The notes beneath the pieces were generated by a model. The model saw nothing but the letters and a program-made list of their open reading frames with translations, was not told where the DNA came from and did no database searches. This document shows positions 58,437 through 63,875 of a DNA stretch of 64,000 nucleotides, piece by piece; position 1 is the first letter of the stretch; the number at the start of each line of letters is the position of its first letter. Position numbers and translations under genes: made by a program. Source of the DNA: Actinomycetes bacterium (GTDB lineage: Bacteria > Actinomycetota > Actinomycetes > S36-B12); the NCBI GenBank assembly GCA_965278945.1, contig OZ257128.1:1261982-1325981 (forward strand). The letters run 5' to 3'.

Positions 58437-59125
58437 CTCCATGGCCCGTCGTGGAGGAAGTGCGGTTCCGGAAGCTCGCAGTGCTCGCACACGCCGGGAA
58501 GGTCGAGTCGGGTGATGAACTGGTGCTGATCTGAGTTGTCGTCGATCTTGTAGGCCCGCCCGTCAACGGTCCGGATCACCGCAATCTCAATCCTTCGTGG
58601 CGAGTCGGTGGAGCGCCCTAGCGCGACATCCGACTCTGCCTCTCTGCTCTTCTCTCTCTGCTTCGCATCGAGAAGAGCAGAGTCTGATTGAGATAGGGGG
58701 GCGTTACTAACGCTGTCCGTAACGCCGTTACTAACGCTGTTACGGACAGCAGGACAGGCCTTAGTGCAAGCAGAGTGATCGCCAGCACTGTGTCGACGTG
58801 CACGGTCGCGGTAGTCGTCCTGCCGCCTGCGGTTCGCCTGGCGGTCACGCTCTACCTGCTCGGCCGATCGTTGGTGACCACCTTCGGATGCGAGGTAGTT
58901 CACGATTCGGTAACCGCCGTCAATCGGATGCCAGAAGCCCTTGTCCACGAGCTCTGCCGCAGACATATCGGGCTCGGGGGAGTCACTGACACGCGAGAGG
59001 CGCATCAGCACGACGCCGTCAGTAAGGGCCGTGACGCAGTGCACGAGCGCCTCAATGTGAAGCAGGCGCGCGTCACGGCTCAGGCCGGCATTCTCGAGCT
59101 GCACGAGCATCTCGCTAGGCACCAT
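58433..59125 (-). CDS. hypothetical protein (230 aa), candidate replication initiator or DNA-binding protein
   Basis: ATG 59125 (MVPSEMLVQLENAGLSRDARLLHIEALVHC...) within ORF 58433..59218. Basic RDRQANRRRQDDYRDRARR segment. Iteron-like DNA repeats lie inside the coding sequence. Confidence 0.5.
   Translation of the reverse strand: MVPSEMLVQLENAGLSRDARLLHIEALVHCVTALTDGVVLMRLSRVSDSPEPDMSAAELVDKGFWHPIDGGYRIVNYLASEGGHQRSAEQVERDRQANRRRQDDYRDRARRHSAGDHSACTKACPAVRNSVSNGVTDSVSNAPLSQSDSALLDAKQREKSREAESDVALGRSTDSPRRIEIAVIRTVDGRAYKIDDNSDQHQFITRLDLPGVCEHCELPEPHFLHDGPWR
58702..58750. repeat. iteron-like repeat cluster (possible ori) inside the 230-aa ORF
   Basis: 15-bp direct repeat CGTTACTAACGCTGT at 58702-58716 and 58726-58740. 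12-bp inverted repeat GCTGTCCGTAAC (58712-58723) and GTTACGGACAGC (58739-58750). Four GTTAC/GTAAC half-sites in 49 bp. Nearby 9-bp inverted repeat at 58644-58652 and 58672-58680 in a CT-rich stretch. Confidence 0.6.
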
Positions 59126-59336
59126 TGCGTAGGCCACGGTGCCCCCAGTCGATCTTGCGAAGGTGCGCTTCGAGCACCTCGCGCTTTCGGAGCTCCGCAG
59201 AGCGACCGGGGTGCTCACGGCGCGCGCGCTCGATCGCGAGTCGCTGTCGCTCGGGGAGCTCTGCGATGTCCTCGATGTCGTTCGCCCTTGCGATGCGTCT
59301 CTCCATCAAGTGGCTGAACCACTCGGGTACGGCCAC
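59115..59336 (-). CDS. hypothetical protein (73 aa)
   Basis: GTG 59336 (VAVPEWFSHLMERRIARANDIEDIAELPERQ...) one nt after the upstream stop. Overlaps the next ORF by 11 nt. Confidence 0.4.
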   Translation of the reverse strand: MAVPEWFSHLMERRIARANDIEDIAELPERQRLAIERARREHPGRSAELRKREVLEAHLRKIDWGHRGLRNGA

Positions 59337-59337
59337 C

Positions 59338-59523
59338 TCAGGACTGGCCGTTCTGCTGCACGAGCCATGCGACGACATCCGACCGCGAGTAGCGAACGGA
59401 GCCCCCGACCATCGTCGCCCGCGGGCCGATGGATCGCTTCCTCCACGCTCGCACGGTCTCGACGCTGATCTTGAGCCAGTCGGCGACTTCCTCGGACTTG
59501 AGGAGTTCGTCTGTGACGGTCAT
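59338..59523 (-). CDS. excisionase/AlpA-type helix-turn-helix protein (61 aa)
   Basis: ATG 59523: MTVTDELLKSEEVADWLKISVETVRAWRKRSIGPRATMVGGSVRYSRSDVVAWL. First gene of the leftward operon. Confidence 0.65.
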   Translation of the reverse strand: MTVTDELLKSEEVADWLKISVETVRAWRKRSIGPRATMVGGSVRYSRSDVVAWLVQQNGQS

Positions 59524-59576
59524 GGGTCTGCACCTCTTCTGTCGGGCCGGAACATGCAATTACCAATATCCACGGG

Positions 59577-59608
59577 TTGACGTAGGTAAACAACACAGAT
59601 AGTGTTGT
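59577..59608. promoter_or_regulatory. divergent promoter/operator region of the element
   Basis: Rightward: TTGACG (59577-59582), 17 nt, TAGTGT (59600-59605). Leftward on the minus strand: TTGTTT (59593-59588), 17 nt, GATATT. Palindrome ACAACAC-AGATA-GTGTTGT (59590-59608) overlaps the rightward -10 and the leftward -35. Confidence 0.4.
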
Positions 59609-59645
59609 GCGCAAGAGAAATGTTGATCAACAGAAGGGGAGCGCG

Positions 59646-60230
59646 ATGGGTTTCGACATTCCCAAGCCAAGGAAGCCCGTCGAGTTGCGTGAGGGCTTAC
59701 TGCGCGCCGGGCCGATTCAGATACTCGACCTTTCCGACGAGAAGGTCCGCTTCGCTTCTGGATGGAACACGCCGCGATGGGTTGACGCCGAGCTCCGTTT
59801 GCCAGGGCAACCTGCTGTACGGCTTCGGGTCGAAGTCCTCGGCAAGAGGCGACTCCGAGCGGTTGTGACCAGCATTGAGCTGACCGAGCCGACGACCGGC
59901 CTTCGAGCGCGCCACCTGCGCGAACTCGCGGCGTCCTTGCCGGACCTCCCGGGCGAGGTGCTGGCTGTTGCGTCACTGCCTATGTACGAGGGCCGACCGG
60001 CCGCCTCCACAAGGGACTGGGACAGGGCGGTGCGAGATGCCGTCCGCGCCCCGGGCCGTAGTCAGGTCGAACGAGAGGACGAGGTTCTGGGGCTCTGGGA
60101 AGGGAAGTTTCAGCCGCGGGGTCTCACTCAGCGCGAAGCTGCCGAGGAGATTGGACTCGCTCACTCGACATTCCGCTCCTACCTCACACATGCACGCGCA
60201 CGGAGGGATGCAAACAATGGCCGTCGTTGA
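59646..60230 (+). CDS. hypothetical protein (194 aa) with C-terminal HTH-like segment
   Basis: ATG 59646 after SD GAAGGGGAG, in frame with ORF 59607..60230. C-terminal LTQREAAEEIGLAHSTFRSYLTHAR. Overlaps the integrase start by 14 nt. Confidence 0.5.
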   Translation: MGFDIPKPRKPVELREGLLRAGPIQILDLSDEKVRFASGWNTPRWVDAELRLPGQPAVRLRVEVLGKRRLRAVVTSIELTEPTTGLRARHLRELAASLPDLPGEVLAVASLPMYEGRPAASTRDWDRAVRDAVRAPGRSQVEREDEVLGLWEGKFQPRGLTQREAAEEIGLAHSTFRSYLTHARARRDANNGRR

Positions 60231-61380
60231 TCGCTGGAAGAACGCTGACGGAAGCCCGAGCGAGGAGAACGGTCGGGGCAAGCGGTGGCTTGTGCGCTAC
60301 CGGGACCCGCAGGGCCAGCAGCGTTCCAAGTCCTTCGACCGCAAGGCCGACGCCGACTCCTACAACCTGGAGACAGCCGTCAACGTCAGGACGGGCATGT
60401 GGGCAGACCCCGCAGCAGGCAAGCAGACCTTCGACACGTTCGCCGAGGCGTGGCTCGACCTGAACCGCCCGCAGTGGCGTGCGACGACGACGCGCAGCAT
60501 GGAGCAGATCGTCCGCAACCGGCTCAAGCCGTCGATCGGCATGACGCCGATGGCACGGATCAATGCCGGTCAGGTGCAGGCGATGGTCAACGGCTGGTCG
60601 GGCACCTACAGCCCCGCGACGATCGCGCTCAACGTCCAGACGTTCCGCACGATCATGGCCGCGGCGATCGAGGCCGGCGTCATCGGCAAGGACCCAGCGC
60701 CCAAGATCAAGGCGCCCAAGCGGTCTCGACGTCGGGACGCACACCTAAGCCACGAGGACGTCGCAACGATCCTGACAACCGCGAGGGGACCCGTTCGGCC
60801 GTTCCTGGCCACGCTGGCATGGTGTGGCCTTCGGATGGGTGAGGGCCTAGGACTCGACGTCGCGGACGTCGACTGGCTGAGCGGCACCGTGACGGTCTCG
60901 AAGCAGCAGTCGACGGAGTACGCCGACTCCACAGTGGACGCGATGCCCAAGACGGAGGCGGCCTACCGGACGGTGCCGTTCCCTCCCGAGCTCGTGGAGA
61001 TGTGCTCGGAGATGCTGGCGGGACGTCGAGCCGGGACAGGGTCGCTCGAGGATGGATACCTGTGGCAGGCGACGGACGGCCGCAGGCTGCAGCGGACCAA
61101 CGTCGACTCGGAGATCCGGCGCATTCGGCGCGTCACGAAGCTCTCCTTCAGCGCCCACCACCTTCGGCACTACTACGGTGCCGCGCTCCTGTCGCAGGGC
61201 GTCCCGATTCCCCAGGTCGCCAAGCAGATGGGCCACGCGAGTCCACAGGTCACGCTCCGGGTGTACGCATACGCGATGACGGACGACGCCGAACTAGGCC
61301 GCGCAGCAGTCGCTCAGATCGCTTCCCTCTCGGCGTCATGTGCACCCGTTGTGCACCCGCAAGCGGCGGGGGAGTCCTAG
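60217..61380 (+). CDS. tyrosine-type phage integrase
   Basis: ATG 60217 after SD GGAGGGA, in frame with ORF 59968..61380. MAVVDRWKNADGSPS... (SAM-like N-terminal domain), catalytic WCGLRMGEGLGL ... HHLRHYYGAALLSQG ... GHASPQVTLRVYAY. Confidence 0.9.
   Translation: MAVVDRWKNADGSPSEENGRGKRWLVRYRDPQGQQRSKSFDRKADADSYNLETAVNVRTGMWADPAAGKQTFDTFAEAWLDLNRPQWRATTTRSMEQIVRNRLKPSIGMTPMARINAGQVQAMVNGWSGTYSPATIALNVQTFRTIMAAAIEAGVIGKDPAPKIKAPKRSRRRDAHLSHEDVATILTTARGPVRPFLATLAWCGLRMGEGLGLDVADVDWLSGTVTVSKQQSTEYADSTVDAMPKTEAAYRTVPFPPELVEMCSEMLAGRRAGTGSLEDGYLWQATDGRRLQRTNVDSEIRRIRRVTKLSFSAHHLRHYYGAALLSQGVPIPQVAKQMGHASPQVTLRVYAYAMTDDAELGRAAVAQIASLSASCAPVVHPQAAGES
61339..61358. repeat. arm-type repeat, right copy (inside integrase 3' end)
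   Basis: TGTGCACCCGTTGTGCACCC, 19 of 20 identical to 51934-51953. Confidence 0.6.
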
Positions 61381-61420
61381 ATGCGACGTCTGCCCTGCTC
61401 AGCGGGGGTAAGCCTGCGAA

Positions 61421-61443
61421 GTGCCCCGGGTGGGATTTGAACC
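61421..61443. repeat. attR core of the phage-like element
   Basis: GTGCCCCGGGTGGGATTTGAACC. Overlaps the acceptor 3' strand and T arm of the tRNA at 61422-61495. Confidence 0.75.
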
Positions 61444-61495
61444 CACACTGGACGGTGTTTGAGACCGCTTCCTCTGCCGGTTGGGATACCGGGGC
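61422..61495 (-). tRNA. tRNA with anticodon CAA (Leu by anticodon), atypical: 74 nt, no long variable arm
   Basis: Minus strand GCCCCGG TA TCC CAACCGGCAGA GGA A GCGGT CTCAAAC ACCGT CCAGT GTGGG TTCAAAT CCCAC CCGGGGC A. Good acceptor, anticodon and T arms, U33, A37, G18G19, A73. 3-bp D stem with an 11-nt loop (class II-like) but only a 5-nt variable region. Confidence 0.7.
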
Positions 61496-61532
61496 GCGGG
61501 GTTCAGAGTAGTCGGGTCCCTAGGCTGCGGGC

Positions 61533-62108
61533 ATGACCCACTCCGTGCTCGTCGCCGAGGACGAGGCGCTCATTCGCATGGACCTCGTCGAGATGCTGGG
61601 GGAGTGCGGCTACACGGTCATCGCCCAGGTCGTCGACGGGCAGGCGGCTGTCGACCAGACACGCGCATTGCGCCCTGACGTGGTGTTCCTCGACGTGGCG
61701 ATGCCTCGTCGGGACGGTCTGTCTGCGGCCGAGGAGATCATCGCGGAGGGGTTAGCTCCAGTGGTGATGGTCACCGCGTTCAGCCAGCGCGACATCGTCG
61801 CGCGCGCCGCCTCAGCGGGTGTTCTTGGCTACCTCGTGAAGCCGTTCGTCAAAGCGGATCTCGTGCCAGCGATCGAGCTGGCGATCGCCCGCTGGGAGCA
61901 GATGCGTGACCTGTCGACTCAGGTGGACGGGTTGCGCGAGCGCCAGACGGCCAGGCAGACGGTCGATCTGGCGAAGCGGAGGCTGCAGGACCAACTCGGA
62001 CTCAGCGAGGCCGATGCGTTCGCGTGGTTACGGCGGGCGGCGATGGATGGACGGGTCACCCTGGCGGAGGCCGCAGCCGCGGTTATGGCAGAATCCGCAT
62101 CATCTTGA
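61533..62108 (+). CDS. pdtaR: ANTAR-domain response regulator (PdtaR-like)
   Basis: 191 aa. Receiver domain (VLVAEDEALIRMDL...DVVFLDVAMP...KPF) followed by ANTAR (...AKRRLQDQLGLSEADAFAWLRRAAMDGRVTLAEAA). Confidence 0.85.
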   Translation: MTHSVLVAEDEALIRMDLVEMLGECGYTVIAQVVDGQAAVDQTRALRPDVVFLDVAMPRRDGLSAAEEIIAEGLAPVVMVTAFSQRDIVARAASAGVLGYLVKPFVKADLVPAIELAIARWEQMRDLSTQVDGLRERQTARQTVDLAKRRLQDQLGLSEADAFAWLRRAAMDGRVTLAEAAAAVMAESASS

Positions 62109-62199
62109 TCGACAATATCAAATTGAGATCACGATGCAGCATCAATGTAACCGGGGGTTACCCGGGTGAAACCTGTCGAGCCATAAGGTACGGCTAATG

Positions 62200-62229
62200 C
62201 GACGGTAACCGCCGTCGTTTGTCCTTTGT
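62200..62229 (+). terminator. hairpin plus T-rich tract in the pdtaR-SBP intergenic leader
   Basis: CGACGG (62200-62205), loop TAACCG, CCGTCG (62212-62217), then TTTGTCCTTTGT. Ends 2 nt before SD AAGGAG (62232-62237). Confidence 0.5.
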
Positions 62230-62242
62230 ACAAGGAGACTGC

Positions 62243-63619
62243 ATGAAGCGCACTACGGTCCTCAAGTCGGCCGCCGTGCTCGGAGTGGCATCTTTGGCAC
62301 TAGCCGCCTGTGGTGGCTCGTCGTCCAGCGATTCCAGTTCCAGCGCAGCCCCGGCCGCGAGCAGCGCGGCTCCGGCCCCCAGCGAGGCAGCCTCATCCGA
62401 GGCCCCCGCCGCGGCAACCGGCACCCCGCTCTACCTGGTTGATGGAAACACAGGAAATGCCCTCGGCGAGAAGCTGCCGGCCGGCACCCTGAACGGCGTC
62501 AAGGGAACCATCCCCGGCGCCGAGAACACGCAGGACTTCAAGGATGCGCTTCTTGAGGTCGATCCGGAGCTGATCGACTTCTCGTACGCACCCGAGTCCT
62601 ACGACGCAACGATTCTCGCAGCGCTCGGCGCGGCCAAGGCCAAGTCCGACGCTGGCGTCGATGTGGCCAAGGAGCTCGTTGGCATCACCAACGGCACCGA
62701 GATCTGCAACGACTACGCAGGTTGCATCGAGCTGCTGAACCAGGGCATGGACATCGACTACAACGGTCGCTCCGGTGCTGTGAACTTCTGGGAGGCTGGC
62801 GATCCGACGAGTGCGTCGATCGGCGTCTACCAGTTCGGCCCCGATAACACCTTGCTCCCCGACGTCACCTACATGCAGGGCGAGATCGTTCCTGACGGTG
62901 AGGCCAACCCGATCGACGCGAAGCCGCAGAAGGGCGCCAATGACGGAACCTACGTCGTCGGCACGCTGCTCCCCGTCACCGGTTCGCTTGCCTTCCTCGG
63001 CCCACCCGAGGTCGCTGGCGTGAAGCTCGCCATCAAGGACATCGAGGCTGCCGGCGGCATTCCCGGATTCGACAAGATCGTCCTCGAAGAGGGCGACTCT
63101 GGCGATACGTCCACCGATACGGCCACCCAGACCGTGAAGCGCCTCCTGGCGAAGGATGTCGATGTCATCATCGGCGCCGCCTCGTCCGGTGTCACGCTGA
63201 GCACCCTGGACCTGGTCACGAGCAATGGTGTTCTGCAGATCTCACCGGCGAACACCTCGCCGGAGCTCACCACCGCTCCTGATGGCGGCCTGTACTGGCG
63301 CACCGCCCCGTCCGACGTCCTTCAGGGCGCCTTCGTTGGTTCGCTCGTCCTCGAGGACGGCTACACCAAGGTCGGCATCATGTCGCTGCAGGACTCGTAC
63401 GGTGACGGACTCAACGCCAACGTGACCAAGGCAATCGTCGAGGGCGGTGGCGAGGTTGTCGCCAACGTTGTCTACGACCCGAAGGCCACTGACTTCTCCG
63501 CAGACGTGGCGAAGATCAAGGCAGCTGGACCTGAGGCAATCGTGCTCATCGGCTTCGATGAGTCCGCTCAGATCATCCAGGAGCTGGTCAAGCAGGGCAT
63601 TGGCCCGAACGTCAGCTAG
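62243..63619 (+). CDS. LivJ-type (branched-chain amino acid family) ABC substrate-binding lipoprotein, apparently circularly permuted
   Basis: ATG 62243 (MKRTTVLKSAAVLGVASLALAAC, lipobox) in frame with ORF 62219..63619. S/A/P linker. Residues encoded by 62426-62890 resemble the C-terminal third of LivJ. 62945-63616 resemble the N-terminal two thirds (GTLLPVTGSLAFLGPP ... ISPANTSPELT ... WRTAPSD ... IVLIGF). Confidence 0.75.
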   Translation: MKRTTVLKSAAVLGVASLALAACGGSSSSDSSSSAAPAASSAAPAPSEAASSEAPAAATGTPLYLVDGNTGNALGEKLPAGTLNGVKGTIPGAENTQDFKDALLEVDPELIDFSYAPESYDATILAALGAAKAKSDAGVDVAKELVGITNGTEICNDYAGCIELLNQGMDIDYNGRSGAVNFWEAGDPTSASIGVYQFGPDNTLLPDVTYMQGEIVPDGEANPIDAKPQKGANDGTYVVGTLLPVTGSLAFLGPPEVAGVKLAIKDIEAAGGIPGFDKIVLEEGDSGDTSTDTATQTVKRLLAKDVDVIIGAASSGVTLSTLDLVTSNGVLQISPANTSPELTTAPDGGLYWRTAPSDVLQGAFVGSLVLEDGYTKVGIMSLQDSYGDGLNANVTKAIVEGGGEVVANVVYDPKATDFSADVAKIKAAGPEAIVLIGFDESAQIIQELVKQGIGPNVS

Positions 63620-63635
63620 TCACACCCGCTCCACA

Positions 63636-63677
63636 CTGTGGGGGTCGTCCTTCGGGACGGCCCCCACAGTTCTTTGT
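63636..63677 (+). terminator. rho-independent terminator of the SBP gene
   Basis: CTGTGGGGGTCGTCC (63636-63650), loop TTCG, GGACGGCCCCCACAG (63655-63669), then TTCTTTGT. Confidence 0.7.
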
Positions 63678-63685
63678 ACGGGTCT

Positions 63686-63749
63686 CCGCGAGTGGGCAGT
63701 TGTGGCTGGACAAATCGGACGTGGGACGGCCACAACTGCCCACTCGCGG
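63686..63749. mobile_element. MITE-like miniature element with IS30-type terminal repeats
   Basis: Perfect 21-bp inverted repeat CCGCGAGTGGGCAGTTGTGGC (63686-63706) and GCCACAACTGCCCACTCGCGG (63729-63749), 22-nt spacer. With the preceding CT (63684-63685) the left end shares CTCCGCGAGTGGGCA with the IS30 left end (36696-36710). The right arm shares TGCCCACTCGCGG with the IS30 right end. Confidence 0.6.
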
Positions 63750-63875
63750 TTGAGCGGAAAGGGCGAGTGCGCCCATACGTGGACCAAGCCGGGACAGATC
63801 GTCAATTTCGCCGCAGAACCGGCCCCATTTGCCTGTTCGTCCCGGGATCCGGGACAAACGGAAGGGGTGCTGGGG

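Larger units (their letters stand above)
51808..61443. mobile_element. integrated 9.6-kb phage-like element (cryptic prophage remnant or satellite-like)
   Basis: Bounded by 23-bp direct repeats. Integrase next to the tRNA-side repeat. Carries HK97-type capsid and tape-measure genes, HTH regulators, an iteron-like cluster and a tRNA-like gene. Confidence 0.75.

Noticed and set aside
63750-63875. Imperfect hairpin GTCCCGG-GAT-CCGGGAC (about 63836-63852) downstream of livF
   Set aside because: Short stem with mismatched extension and no U-tract. Possibly a weak terminator, but not strong enough to report as a feature.
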